The notes under the pieces were generated by a model. It ran no database searches and was not told where the DNA came from. It saw nothing but the letters and a program-made list of their open reading frames with translations. DNA of 57,850 bases, the filler included, from Sphacelaria rigidula (Eukaryota), in the NCBI GenBank assembly GCA_964200075.2. It is 3 parts of 3 records of this genome, joined end to end, with 100 filler letters (N's around TTAATTAATTAA, not from the genome) between each part and the next. Parts side by side here need not be neighbours in the genome. Positions count along the whole stretch, not along the records: positions 19,320 to 38,535 come from CAXNAA020000713.1; positions 38,636 to 57,850 come from CAXNAA020000714.1; 1 more part is not named here. One strand, written 5' to 3'. The position numbers and the translations under genes were made by a program. The first letter of the stretch is position 1. Each line of letters begins with the position of its first letter. This document shows, one piece after another, positions 35,985 to 50,000 of this stretch.

Positions 35985-36113
35985 ATGGTTCGACTTCTGC
36001 ATGTTACCGTTTTCGAGGGAGCGGGTTTGGCGGAACACAAGAGCCCCTACGTGGTGGCCGAACTGCTGGACATCACCGGCCGTCCGATCAAAAGCGAACG
36101 GGCTAAAACGAAG
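35985..36113 (+). CDS. First coding exon of a C2-domain protein (remainder not found)
   Basis: MVRLLHVTVFEGAGLAEHKSPYVVAELLDITGRPIKSERAKTK fits the first C2 strands (L.VTV.EA.GL...PYV...KTK); ends at an AAG|GTGCGT donor. Confidence 0.7.
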
Positions 36114-37365
36114 GTGCGTTGCTACCCTCGAGACCTGGGAGGGAGGAGAGCCAGGATAGGGTACAGGGGCATACTGTTGCACCGTGTTTATTTTTTCGCC
36201 ACTTAGATGATACGTGTACAGTTTGGCATGTGAGGTCTGCTCCTCGCGTAGTGAAACAGACGTGGATGATGAGTTCCTTCTGTTTGCTCTTTTGCTGTCG
36301 AGGCGCAGCGTTTTTTTTTTTTCATGTGTGGAATGTATTGTCTGTACTGAAGGAGAAACGGCGAAAAGTAACATACGGCGCAAAGGGGATGATCGTACTA
36401 TGTAGTGTTTAGATGGTGAGATACCCATGAGGTAGTGTGTAAGCTGTAGCTGTTTCTGGAAGTGGCGATACCAGAGTTGGAGCAACTCACTGTAGGTTGT
36501 TATCCAAGTGCAAGATCATCAGCACGCTTCGGGCCGAGTGCGCTTGGCCGCGAGGGTAGCCCATCTGAACCATGCATACTTTGTTCAAGTGAAATTGAAG
36601 CCGACTCAACAGATGGCCTGTGCTCACCATCGAAGGGTTTTATGGCCCTTTTGAGAACCGGAGTGGACTAACCGGGGGTAAGAGCCCATCGTAAATTTGT
36701 TTCATTTTCAGTTGGGAACGACGGAAAATGATGGCGATTCACGAAATGGACCCTGCTTACAGACCAGGTCCCCACCCGTAGTGAGGGGGGTTTCCAGTCC
36801 CGAGAGGATTCAGGGGTTCACAGGGTCAAAAAAAGATGTGCAGTTTGGGTTAGTTCAGCAGAGCTGACCTGTACCATGAAGTGCTATCACCTGCTTCCTG
36901 GCGGCATGTTGCCTGGCCTAACCTTTTTTTGTGTCTCTTTACGTTCACCGTTGCCAACCGACATGTCCGATTCCAGCGGTGTTGAGTAATGGTGAATCAT
37001 GTCACAACATTTTCGGGTTTTTTTTTTACCGTCAGCACGCGCGATCCTCGTGCAGTGCTTCTTTTTTCAAGCCATGAACAACTGCACCTCAACGGGCACG
37101 GGCTGAAAAGGACTCCATTTCTGAGAAAGAAAAAACACGCGCTAAAAGAAACACACCATTTCGTGTGTGTTTTTTTTGTCTTCAGATGTTGTCTTACGTG
37201 GCAATGTTGACTTCATTTTTCGTATAATCACATGGAGACAGGATGCCGAGCGCAGAAAATTGAGTGGGAAATCTAAGGTTAGGTTTACGATCGACGAGCT
37301 CACTGCACACGCCGGTGCAAAAATGTCTTGAAGGGGAAGCTGAAGGAAAGAAGAAACTGTCCTTA

Positions 37366-37823
37366 GGCCGTTGCTTGCAACAAAATAAAAGTCGGGAAAA
37401 ATGCCTTTCTGGAGCTTCGACGTCGCTTTACACCCAAGAGAGCTAGGCGGAGTTTGACACCTTGGAATGACTTGCTCTACTTGTCGAGGCGGTCCCAGGA
37501 CATCTTCCCGTTTTCCAGTGGCCGCAGTTTTTATTTTAACGAAATTTGAATTTTTGTCTAAGAATGGTGAAGATTGGTCAAATCTGAAGAAAATCGCCAG
37601 TTCTGTCTGGACTTGATCGTTCTTGGACAAATCTTGTTTGTCCAAATTAAAAACTGCTGCCACCGAAAAATGGGAAGATGTCCTGGAACCGCCTCAATTA
37701 GTAGAGGAAGTCACTCAGAGGTGTCAAACTCCGCCTAGCTCTCTTTCAGGGTGTGAAACGACGTCAAAGCTTCGAAAAGGCACTTTTCCAGATTTCCATT
37801 ATTGTCTGTAATAAGCAGCGACC
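37366..37823. mobile_element. Long-TIR MITE with TTA TSD (PIF/Harbinger, Tourist-like)
   Basis: TTA|GGCCGTTGCTT ... AAGCAGCGACC|TTA. The arms (GAGCTAGGCGGAGTTTGACACC / GGTGTCAAACTCCGCCTAGCTC etc.) pair over roughly 200 bp. Confidence 0.85.
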
Positions 37824-38441
37824 TTACTGCAGTAATGCTGCAGAAACAGTCGGAAAAAAAACAAAGTGAACATTTCGCATAAACAGGTCGCCGCCGTGCT
37901 TTGGCGGTGTAGCAGGTACGCGGGTCCTTACCCTGACAGATGGCTTAATGTTGAGCAGAATCTGGTCCCCCTCCCATCGTTCAAGGCGTGAGAATATGAG
38001 CAGCAAAAAAGTTGAGAGTCGACGAGACGAGACGAGGCGCGAGAGTTTTTGGTGCAAACAGCCGTCGATCCAAAAATGTGACGCAGGCACCGAGGACGAG
38101 AGAGACGCAGACTGATGCCGTGCAACTACGGGCTCGTCCGGGGAAGGGTGGTGGTGAAGAAAATATCATGTAATGAAGCAAAAAATGAATAAATGTTGGC
38201 TTGCTCGCTCCACCCCCTTGCTGATAGCAGAGATTTTTTGCTGCCATTCAGCCAACCCAGAGGTCTAAAATTGTTCGACATCCCTAAGCATACCTCGAGG
38301 ATGCCTTAGGGATTCCTTGAGTTGTTGGTTGGTGTACCTTCCTGCAGTCACGTCGTGTAGTCTACTAAGCTGTGCCAAAGGTTCACTTACGGCCGTACTC
38401 CACACCCTGTGTTGAATCGGAGGCCCTTGGTTCCTTCTCCA

Positions 38442-38480
<39 letters not shown>

Positions 38481-38535
38481 ACCCCCCCCCCCACCACACC
38501 CACACACAAAAAACCAACACCAACCACAACCCAAA

Positions 38536-38635
38536 NNNNNNNNNNNNNNNNNNNNNNNNNNNNNNNNNNNNNNNNNNNNTTAATTAATTAANNNNNNNNN
38601 NNNNNNNNNNNNNNNNNNNNNNNNNNNNNNNNNNN
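38536..38635. other. Artificial scaffold linker
   Basis: 44N + TTAATTAATTAA + 44N. Confidence 0.95.
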
Positions 38636-38840
38636 CACTCCGACTGTTGGTCATCCCCGGTCCTTGTCCAGGGCAGAAGAGCAGGTGAAGGAATAACTGC
38701 ATCTCTTGATCCACTCCGATTGTTGGTCATGCCCGGTCCTTGTCCAGGGCAGAAGAGCAGGTAAAGGAATAACTGCATCTCTTGATCCACTCCGATTGTT
38801 GGCCATGCCCGCTCCTTGTCCAGGGCAGAAGAGCAGGTGA
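38636..38840. repeat. 76-bp tandem repeat, ~2.7 copies, running off the contig end
   Basis: CACTCCGA.TGTTGG.CAT.CCCG.TCCTTGTCCAGGGCAGAAGAGCAGGT restarts at 38636, 38712 and 38788. Confidence 0.9.
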
Positions 38841-39839
38841 AAAAATAATTACAGAAATAATCGAAAAAGAAGGCGTTGCTCTTGCGCCGCCGACAAAGAG
38901 CAGGACACCATCGCCCAAGTACTCGCTTTGCGTCACGTGCGAGTTGATAGTCGCAGTCGATCGTGTGGAAACCATCCTTCCGTGTGACGTCCACACATTA
39001 TTGATGGTAGATGGCACGTACCGCACACAAGGCACACAGATGCACACCCATGTTGGCTGCCACACACCATGCCGTGCGTCCACGGAAGCGGTACGGCAGC
39101 GATTAGACTGCTGTATTCTTGTAGGAAGACACGAAGGACGCGGGCAAGGACCTTGTGGTCGGGCACGGGTTCCCCGGTGCCGTCGTCGGCGACAAGCGTA
39201 CGGGTAGCCATGCCAACTTTCAAAACTAGTTGGCACCCGAGGACAAGCGAAACCGCGTTCCCTCACTGAACTGTTTCGGGCGAATTGTCGAAACCCCCCA
39301 AATAGGTTCAACCCCATTTTATTGTTGAACCCCAAAAAATAAAATCGACTGTTTATAGACAAAAATCAAACTGGGATTCTTCGCGCACAGCTGATTTGAT
39401 GGGAGCGCTGCTCACGGAACAGAAACTCCTCGCACGTACCGATACATCTTGTGGAGTACGTTGTCAATACGGAGCCCAGCGTTATATCTATGTATATCGC
39501 TCGCTGCACGCCGGCCATTGAACGGAGCGAGGACGCCTTAGGTTTGTCCCAGAGGAAAGCGGCAACCAAACGCGATGCTCTACCGTGGGAACTGCTGAAA
39601 GTAGGTATACGAGAGAACTGCACCATCATGCAGAAGTTTCACTAAATCATCAAGGGGGGAAATTAAGTTCCCTGGCTATAGAAGGACGCCGTTATCACGA
39701 TCGTGCACTAGAGAGAGGACAGGACAGAGGGCGATAGCAACAGATGCATACCATTAGTAGCACAAGCCGTGAAAGGTCCATTCCACTGAAGCTAAGTTTC
39801 TCGCTCAACGTTCGAGTGAGGACGACACTTTCTACAATA

Positions 39840-40535
39840 GCTCCCCCCCCAAAAGTGCCTGATTTGAGGAGGCGAAATCTTCACGTAAATGAAAATTTTG
39901 AAAGCCCAGCACAACAAGAAGCTGGGAATTCTCACGCTTTGGTTGGTTCTCGCCAATGTCGCCCATATGAGGCGCTTCCTGCAGCCTGAACCCAAATATT
40001 AGGCGTTATATGATCCTTATTTTTGTGACACTTTTGGATTGTTTTTTGTCTTTTTTGGGGGGGGGGGGTTCTCGTATAAAGTGTCGGACCTGGAATTCTG
40101 TGGAAAGGCTATCAACATGAAGTTTCATTCATCATTATTGCGAAGATGAGAGGCGCTGTGCTTCCATAAACCCCGTCGAAGGGATCTGTATAAAGAAACA
40201 ACCCAAAACCACGGTAGTGATGACCTTCGCGTGGTCGATTCGGACTTCTCCATGACATCTCAGGTCCTTACTCCCGAACCTTGGGGGAGATATTGCCTGG
40301 GATACTTCTTCTGTCACAAGTAGAGGCGGCTGATGTTGTGATAGTCCCCCCCCCACACAAAAGGGGCTGGTTTGAGGAGGCAGAATCTACATGTAACATA
40401 GAAAATGACAAGAGCCGAGCACACCGAGCAGATGGTAACTCTCACGAGATTGCTTTCGCCAACGTCGCCCATATGAGGCATTTCATGTAGCCTGAAACCA
40501 GCTATCATGCGCTGTATAGCCATTTTCTTAGTGAC
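39840..40535. repeat. Diverged direct repeat (~190 bp x2, ~505 bp apart)
   Basis: TTTGAGGAGGC...TCTCACG...TCGCCAA.GTCGCCCATATGAGGC...AGCCTGAA.CCA at ~39840-40030 and ~40343-40535. Confidence 0.65.
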
Positions 40536-41086
40536 AGTGTGTGGGGGGGGGCTCGCGCGGTATTACTCCGGTACTAACCTATACGCCAAGCCAGCACGAA
40601 GTAACAGCACTAGGGTTCAAGGCTTTCCAATGAAACGACTTTCAGCCTCGGCCCATGACGTTGCTACGGTATAGCATTTTGGATAATAACTGTAATAGTG
40701 CTACTCTCTGACGGCCGCGGAAGGCCAATTTCCAGATTTTCTGCGACACTGTCAACGGTTCACATCCAACCACCGTGTCTGCAAATTTCCCGCTAAGTAC
40801 GTGTCTACCTTCCAGACAACTGTGCCTGTGGCAGTACAATGGCGTAAACTACGACAGACCCGCCCCCCCCCTCGGTCATCGTTTTCGTGGAGCCGTGAGA
40901 GACCAGCCCTCCACCGAGTCGTACGTGACTTCAACGCTAGAACTGTGGCAAGCGTCAGATCTACCTTCAATGTTTTTCTCGCCGACAATTCTACTCTGTC
41001 GAGGCTATGTACGACAAAGCGAAACTTCAGCCATCGAAACTACATATCAGTCGGCCAGCATCAAGGATGAATCGCCGCAGAGCTGA

Positions 41087-44000
41087 CTAAGCGCCGAACT
41101 TCAGCGTGGGAAGTCCGTACAGAACGGTGCACCAACGGGCACGAGGCTTCAGCTCTGGATCTCCTCTAGTTTTATCCACGGCTTCGCCCAAGGTCAAGCC
41201 CTCATCACCCCATCCCCGAAAAAGCGAGCAGAAGATGCGCCGGTTGTTGTAAAAAGTTGTAGGCCACATGTTGAGCACGACGGACTGACACCTGAAGAGC
41301 GTACCAACAACGGTCGAACGTAAGGACGGGAGGGGGAAGGGGGGGGGGGGGGGTTGATGGCCGTTCTCGCACCGGGTGGCCGGTGTGCGGTGTGCGGTTG
41401 TCCGGGTCAGAGTGGTGCGGTGGAGGAACAATCGACAAGACTCTAACATTTCCAGGTTGATGTGAGGCACACAGCGTTTTGAGACTTCACTGTTTTGCAG
41501 TTTTCGCGATGTTGGTAGCTCCGAGAACACGGACGAAGTGTGTGCTCTGTTGCGGTGCTTTGTGTAGCCGGCACTGATTACGTCACGAATCACCGACTGC
41601 TTACCGACAAGCTTCAATCGCCCAAAAGCTTCAACGGATCGGGTTTCAACGGGCGAGGTTTCTTCAGGATATGCCCATGCTGCTCACCTTGTGAGCCTGA
41701 GTTATCGATGAGCGTGGAAAAATGCAGCGGTCTTGCGACCAGAAAACAACTTCAAGTAAATGGTCTTCGGTACCACCCAGCGTTATCTGCGCAGTAGACC
41801 AGGAACCCTATGCAATTGGCAAATGTCGTTCGGGGTCCCAATAGCAACCTCTGCATTATAGTTACGCACTACGTCAACACGTTTTTGTTTCCAAACTTAC
41901 CCCACAAGCGAGAAGAGCGCAGCTACTTGTACCGGTCTCTCCAACTCGATCTGCTCTTTGGATTTGACGGTGTCTTGCTTGCTCTCTCGGCGGTGACTGG
42001 TGTCGTTGTTCGCGCGGTCGATCAAGATGGCAGCCTGTGGTTGACGCCATACAAGGTAAGTTGAGCACCAACTAAACCTCTTTTTGATATTACCGTTAGT
42101 CGAGCAAGGCTGCTGTCGGCATGGCGAGCCGAAAACCACTGTCACACATACTTCTAGCTGCACACGTTCGATCGTCTGGCGAGAGACTCAAAACGAGAGA
42201 CTCAAAACGCTCACTCATGTTCGCTACAAATGGCATACCTATTCGTCGTACACTGGCCTTTAACACAAAACAAGCGCGCACGCACGGATGCTAGACAGAA
42301 GAATGGAGTGGTTGCGAACCACGTCCCGGTCAAACTACGCCAGGGACGAAGTATATCACTTGGTCCTGTGTCTGACGGGCGGGGAGATCACCTAGAATCA
42401 GTTCGGCAGGACTCGTGGCTGCAACACCATCTGCGAGTTCCAAGCGATGAAGGTAACGTACACCACTTTAGCACATGAACGGGTGCATTGCAAGAGGGCT
42501 TGTAACTAAACTCGAGGCAAGCACCTGGCAATTGACGCTAAGGCCGGCGAGGTGTCTCGGTCGGAGTTTCGATAAGCATCGCCCGGGACCGTAGTACAAG
42601 AAACCGCCGCCACAGTTCTCGCTGCTTCCTGGCTCGCCCGGTGATTCACCGCCTATCAGCGCTTGCCACTCACGCACGCCTGAATCGGGAGGTATTCAGA
42701 ACCAAACAGTATGTAGGGACAGGGTGCCGTCATGACCGCTGTGTATCGAAAATAATAACGAATCACGTGCCGGTTGGAATTGAACGTCCTGTCCGCGCGA
42801 TTGATGGCGTGTCGTGGTGAGAACGTACACGCACCGGGTGCGCATGCGTACGACCAAAAGTGCGCCTTAGCAAGTCGCTCGGGGAGGAACATTTGGTCTA
42901 GGTATGCGCTGTCGCGCAAGTATTCACGGGAAGCGTCTCCTCTGTTGAAGATATACAAGCTACTGGGCTGAATCACCGGACACCCTGCGTGGTGAAGCGA
43001 CTCTTGCTTTCCTTCGCGTCTCTGCGTGCGCGCGCAACACAAAATTTCTTTCATTCTTTCGTTGTGACAACGAACCTGCCACGTGATCATCCCCCGCAAC
43101 TCCCTTCCAAGCCGACACCTTGACACGACCTCCACTGGCTCCGCCACTTTTGCCCCCGCCAACAGCTTGGCAGTCAAAAGACTGACGTAGCGTTTGGATG
43201 GTGGACTCTCGTCCACGGCCTCCCTCGTCTGGTGACGCTTCGCTGCTGCAGTTGGCGTTGGTGTGGAGGTTGCGTTTTGTCGCGCTAGCAGTACCCTTTT
43301 TGGACTTCTTTACAGGTGTCGGGGCGGGCGGGGGAGGATCGGGCGCGCTCGTCCTTGAGGGAGGCTTCCGTGTACCCGCGTCTTCGGCCAGCGGGTCGAC
43401 AACGTACCGCATGCGGGCATTGCTGACCTCTCCACCTGTCAATTCTGCGGCCTTCAGCCTATATATGTTCCGAGCACCATGCACAAGTAAGATGCCGAGT
43501 TGAAATAATGAAACGTGTGGGATACCGTCTGATGCACCGTTCAAGCTCTTGCGAACGCGCGCGCCGTCACCTACATGTGTATGCCGGCGTGATCAACCCC
43601 CCCCCCTCCACCCGCCCACCCACCCCGAAATTAGACCTCGGGGAGACGAGTGGTCAATCTTCAAGCACCGAACGATGTTAATGTGGGCACAATAAAGCCT
43701 GCACATCGTTAACCGTTAGGACCTACCGGTGCAACTACCATGTCGGTGTCGACACAACGTACCGGTGGCGTAGAATGTGCAGGCTCAGGTCGCGAGATAT
43801 TGCCGGGAGACCATCGAACACCGCACACGACTCCACCGGGAGTTTGGCCAACCTTTCGTTCAGCAGGAGAACCAAGGAAGTGCGTTCTGTGCGACATCGT
43901 TCCAAGAAAGGCGACATTCCCTGACAATGGATGCGTGGATGAGAAGCAAGCAGAATGACTTGCTTTGAGACCAAGAGTCGGGAGGAAATATGAGTTGAGT

Positions 44001-47000
44001 CTGAATGTTATGTGAACGTCGAAAGCTTCCCTTCAATACGTATGGTTGGAAACGTTCAAAAGCAGACGAACAATTCGAAAGCCGCACCTTGACTTCAAGC
44101 TTCGAAGGATTAGTAGAGGTTTTCACTCGAAAGTCGGACGTGCAAGGGGGGGTTCAAATACCAATTCAATTTTGAACCTGAAGATGCGACTATCATTTCA
44201 AATCTTCGCTACGTGTTCGCTGAATGTTAAAGATTGCCCGGCATAGAGCTTGAAGCGTTCGACGCAAAGGTTCGAGGTGAAAGTTGACTTCAACTTGAAA
44301 ACTAGAGCAGACAGATATTTGCCAAAGCAGCTCGAAGAGAAACATTCGGGTGGGAGGTCGCATTGAAGCTTCAACATGTAGGATAAGAGGTGCAACTTTG
44401 GCCTTGAACCCTCGCCGAGCGGCTCAAACTTGAACTCTAAACCTGTGACATAAAATCTTCAACTATTTGCTTTCCGACCATCGGGTTGAAGCTGCGACAA
44501 CAGGGGATAACGATTTTGTCTCGGGCTTACGCTCATAACCGTCGTGTCCGCAGCATGATCTCGGAGACATGTTGACGATGTATGTATGTTACATGGATAA
44601 AACCAACCAATGCATGAGTCCTCGATATGCAGCGTGCAGTCTTGCATCTGCGCACGTGTCCTTCACTTACACTTGCTGCGAGATACGAAAACGCCAAGCC
44701 GAGTCATATTCTATCTTTGTGCACCGGACGTGCGATCTCCGGGCCGGATCAACCTCCCACGAGGGTGGTGCTCACCGGCGCGGAACGCATCTGCTGCATA
44801 AGTTCATTTTTCGGCCGTTTCGACTCGAAACGCAGTCAGCATCCGCACGTCGCAGTAACATGTAGTTCCTCGCCATTGGGGGACAAACGGTAAGACATAC
44901 TGTGCCTGCCAGGGCTTTGATGTGTCAACACGGAGCAACCTTCTCACCCCTTCGATGTCAGCAGCCCACAATGGGGCCAAGATGGCTTCCATATCTTGGC
45001 AGATGGCATCCAGCTCACTCTCGCACTCCGCGGTCACCACAGAAGGCGGTGACTTTACCGAACCCGTCGCTCTGCTTTCGGAGGCTGAAGATCCCAAACC
45101 TTAACAGATAACAATCGGTTTCGAGGAGCGGATCACACCAGTGTAGATGTACGCACTTAGACCGACCGACGCCTTCCTTACCCACAAGGCAGTTTCTTCC
45201 TTGGGTGAACGAGAATCAGCGTCATCTACGGTGTTCTTCGCGTGGATGATGCTATGCTCCGAGCTGTTAACATAGGTACGAATAAACCACCGGAAAGACA
45301 GGGCTTGCATGCAGGAAATCTTCAACAACTGCAACGTGGCCTACAGTCTCCCTACAACCGTGATGACAGTATACTATCTTGATTCGCTGACGACCATGTT
45401 GCTGTACAACCAAACTGGCTGAATTATGTTGCGAGTATGACTATGCACCTATGCCACGCGTTGCTAGTGTATGTACTCGGAACCACGATATACACATCGC
45501 TTGAAGTTCTCGCGGGCCACATGTACCGCGAGAATGCGCTAAAAGACGCACATCACGACTAACTTATCAATCACTGCCATCCCTGGCTAACGGCTTGTTC
45601 TACCTAGTTAGGGTGCCACTCTCGGGGGACAGAGATCTATGCTGAACAGGTGACTGTCTCTGGGACGGCATCCCAGCTAGCCTACCCGGCACTCTACATT
45701 AGTACGCTCACACACGCTACCTTCCTCCTTGTTGTCTGTTGGTAGTGATGTGGTCGAAGACGTTGATGCAGACACGACTTGAGGGCTGCAGTAATCGATT
45801 GCGGCGCCCTCTTCATCCCCGTGCTCCAGGCAGTATCGTCCAACCGAAACTGGCAAGAATAATTGAAAAAATCAGCGTTATCGGTAGCACGGATTCGACG
45901 AGGATTGCGAAACACTTGTGCGGTCATCTTGTTGTTTCTTTACAGGCCCTACTCGCGACGCATCGTCAATGGAGTCTATACTACCATGGTTGCTGAAGCG
46001 AGACCATCGTAGAGGCGAGGAAACATCTCGTTGCCGTTGGCACCTCGCCAATGCTAGGAACCGTGAGAGTATCCAATGGTTTCGAAACGCCAACTCGCTC
46101 TGTAGACGCTGTATCTTACTGAATTCCATTCTCCAACCAATTAGAACCGTTGTCCCCATTTTTCAATTGGCGGACATCTGCGTCTTAACGAAGAATGCTT
46201 GATTTCACTCGGTCCACAAGCGCTCTAAATTTAGGTCACACCCATGCAGTTGAAGTCTTTAGTGCCACCGTCAGAGCTTGCACTGCGGCGAACATGCAGC
46301 ACACTCATGTTCCAACTGCCGGGATTTTCTTCCTCGGCTCAAAATAGCGGCGCTTGCGTTTCCCAGGCTTTTGTCAGGCGACCGTACCTTCAAACGCTAC
46401 CATTCTCGATTCTAGCGCAGCGAACATGCGTGTCTCTGACGGCTTCATCTCGTGCCGCCAAACTGCTGCTGCGGGTGCTACGCCCGTGGGTGCGCCATCA
46501 ACAGCTGCGGGAGGGGTGGAGGGTGTAGCGGCGTAGGCGGCGGCGTAGAGTGCTGCTCCACTCGGCGAAATCTGCAAATACATACATGCCGATCGCTGCG
46601 CGTTTGTTTCGTATCTCGTCACACATTCAGCTCCTCGCATTCCTCGGGACACGTCCGTGGTCTGAGGAGATTAACCCATAGGTCCCTCGGCACACGAATT
46701 CCATATTGGCATCGCGGATTGGATTATGACTAGCTCTCCGGCACCGTGTCGACTCCGATCGAATCAGAGAGTTTTCTTCTCGTGTTCTCGCGTTCTGAAG
46801 CACGGACATCAAATACTTTCTAGGGTAAGCTCACCTGCATACGATGGGGGAACAATCCCGCATTTTTGCCGACCTAATGGCGCAAGTTGGACCATTGGAC
46901 CGCTGGGACGTTGCAGCAGCGTTGTCATCAAGAAGTACTGTGTTGCTTTTTGAATCCACGTTAGGAGTGATCGTACGCAAATGTGCCGCCAGGGATCAAG

Positions 47001-50000
47001 TAGAAGTTCATCCGACTTGGCTATGTCGGGATGTGTATCACCGACCCCCAGGGGGTCAGGCCGCCCCACCCGTGTGGAAAAGGTGACCACTTTGTGCAGG
47101 CAGACTTCTGTCCAGCACATGCTAGAGAAGATCACGCAGAACAGTCCACCGTACACCGATAGAGAGATGATGACAAACTGAACATCCTGAATAGCACGAC
47201 CTCGCCTCTTGTTCACCTGGAGCGACAGAACCCCGAGGCCTTGAGGCAATCCAGCAAGCAAACGGCCTGGTGCTTCTGCACATTCCAGCCGTCGCCAACC
47301 TTCCAAGTAATCCCTTAAATGCTGGATTGCCGATACAGTCGGCGGGAACTCCTGCAGGTTCGCCACTCGGCCGCTGCCCGATGCTTCATGCGGTATGCGA
47401 GACAACGAATTTTGAGGGTGGAGCAAGCGGTGGAACTTACAGATAAATCTTAACGAAGTCTGGCCTACATTGAGAAGGAAAAAAACCATCAAGTCTTCGC
47501 CATACCCGCTGATTGTGGGGTAGTGTCTGCGATTATATGCAGTTTCGTTTACAATTGTTGTTTGTTTTTCAAGCGATTTTATTACCGATCTAGGAATAAT
47601 CAGTGGGGACTAGTGGTGGCGATTGGCATACATCGATTATCAGGTATCGCCCATGTTTCATGCGGGAACGAGGTCAGTGTTGCTCCCACGCTTCGAGAGT
47701 GTGTGCGTAGACAGGTGGTAGATCACCTAGCGGCCTCGACAATATACTAGAATAAGAGCTCCCCGAATCTCCCTCTTTCTTGTGGCACGGATTCATTTTC
47801 ACTCACCGCCGTCCCAAGCGTCGGCCACGTACGAAACTGGAGGCGATGACGTCAGCGACGAATCGTAGACATCGAGTGCGTGCATCCCCGCAAGATTTCC
47901 TGTGATCACGACGGATGAAGATGACGACAGCGGAGCGCAATCGACAGGGAAGGATTGACTCACCATGCCAAGCGCCCCACGATAGTGTAGGTCCAAGTCG
48001 TGGGAGATTCCTGCTCTCCAAGCCTTACTTACTACTTGCCTTTGAGTGAACGATCGAGCTAGTCTACATGATCAAGCGCTAAGCACACGAACTATGTTGA
48101 CAGTTGGCTGCTTTGGCCAGGCCTGCTTTGACCGATAAATGTATCTCATATATTTTGCCTTTTAAACACTGACAACTACCGGAGACGCCTGCTGTTTACT
48201 CACCTTGCGCAGCCGTGATCCTGTCCAGCGATAGCCGACATCGGTCAGACATCGGCAGTGATTCGTGGACCAAATGTAGCAGCATTCTTCGTGCCCGACA
48301 GCTCTGGAATTCTCAAACAGCATAGGACAGACACACTGCGATCGTGAGCAACGCCTCGGACTTACTCAGACGTGCCAACGTAGCTTCGAAATACACGAAA
48401 TTCGTAAATAGTGTGTTCCGAACTAAATATCTTGATCTTTTAATCGCAGCATGGCACGTCCTCTTTCTGCCAACTATAATAGTTTTCATGGCTCCCTGGT
48501 ATCATAATGAACTGATCCTGAGCGACAGCTCACACACTTTCCGGGGTCAGCGGGCATGGAATATGACGTCATCAATGGAAGATGGACCAACGACGTGGGA
48601 TGCGTGCGGATACGAATTCGTCTATCTGTCGCATGAGCGCAAAAACATTCAAGGTGGTAGCAAGAGAACTTGAAGCAAACATGGTGACCGCCTCGGATTC
48701 ATTAGTGGCACCTCATTCGTACTACGATGGTGGTGCGGATCGAAATTTAGTGGAGCACAAGAAGATCACTGGGGTTTATGCACTTTTAATCGTATGGAAG
48801 TTCATAGATGTGGACCATTTCAAGGCAGCATCAGTGGCGTTTTACTGAACAACGATCATGCCAATGAGGATGACACTATTTCACCCGGGTCTTCGCTGCA
48901 TTGCAGCAGTGATTTCACCTGATGCAGCATGAGGGCCCCGGCAGCCGTAACGGTATCATCTCCACCTATAAGTTCACCGAGGGCAAAGGCTGCCACGCCG
49001 AGAGCGTCCCATCGTTTGGCTTTGGTCGCTTCGTCTATGGATCGCTCGAGCTTCCAGCGCGCCTGCGCTCGGATGTCAAAATTCTCCTGAAAACGGCAAA
49101 ACACGAAAATAGCATTTTCTTCTGTTGCACGTTCCGCCTTGGAGGAATGGATAGACCTGTGCCGCAGCCAAAATGTATATGCTACCGCCAAGACGTGCGG
49201 ACCCCAAGGAAACGTCACTGGCGATAGACCTGTAGAAACACAGATCCGTGGAGCCAACCACAGTCTCTTGGATTTCGTATGTCGTGGTAATAACGAATTC
49301 CATGTCCCGATTGGGTAATCGAACAGTATTCCGCAAACTTGAAATCGACCCGCCGGACATGGCCCACACCTCGAATCAACCCGCGGATTCCACGAATAAC
49401 TATCCACCTTTCAGAATTTCATACCTCAAGCGGGAATACAGGCACGCGCACTTCTGCTATCTCCTCAGCGCTCACTGCTGGGACTGAGCCACCCTTTGCC
49501 CCCTTCCCACCTTTTCCGCCGCCACCTTTTGCTCCGCCCTTGCTTCCTTTCCCAGCAGGGTTGTCCATCTGCGGAGGCGGTGGAGGTGGGGGTGGTGGTA
49601 GGGGGCGATACGACCATGCTGCGTCGGATAGACCGGCTAGCAGCGGGTTGAAGGGGGCAAGGCGGAGCAACAAGGTGAGGGGTATATCTGGGTATGCGGT
49701 GTAGCTACGGGGTTGGCTCCTGTGCTTTGAGGTGCAGATGGAATTATGACAGCTAAGCCATTTGTCGAACGCCATCGTCAAAGATACGGGGTCGCTTATC
49801 ACTCAGCGTTAACTCCCGTCTCTCCACATCAATTGTTGGTTGTGTTAATATCAAGCTTGGGTCCCGGCTACATCGATTGGAACACAGTCGCACAGTAAGC
49901 GCTACCTACGGGGGTGCGCAATTTTTCCTGATATATTAAATACCAATTCGTAGTATCGAAGACTGCAAAAGGAATAATGACGAGTCTTGCTGGCGAATAG

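Noticed and set aside
37142..37811. Two similar peptides on opposite strands (KTAAT.K.EDVL.PP)
   Set aside because: Product of the MITE's inverted arms, not paralogous genes.
41810..42064. Plus-strand ORF ending at a perfect AAG|GTAAGT donor
   Set aside because: Antisense to a CFAP46 exon whose splice phases and motifs fit on the minus strand.
45600..47150. Possible RTE 3'-end remnants in CFAP46 introns (also ~53480-54180)
   Set aside because: Only faint peptide resemblance; boundaries cannot be supported by eye.
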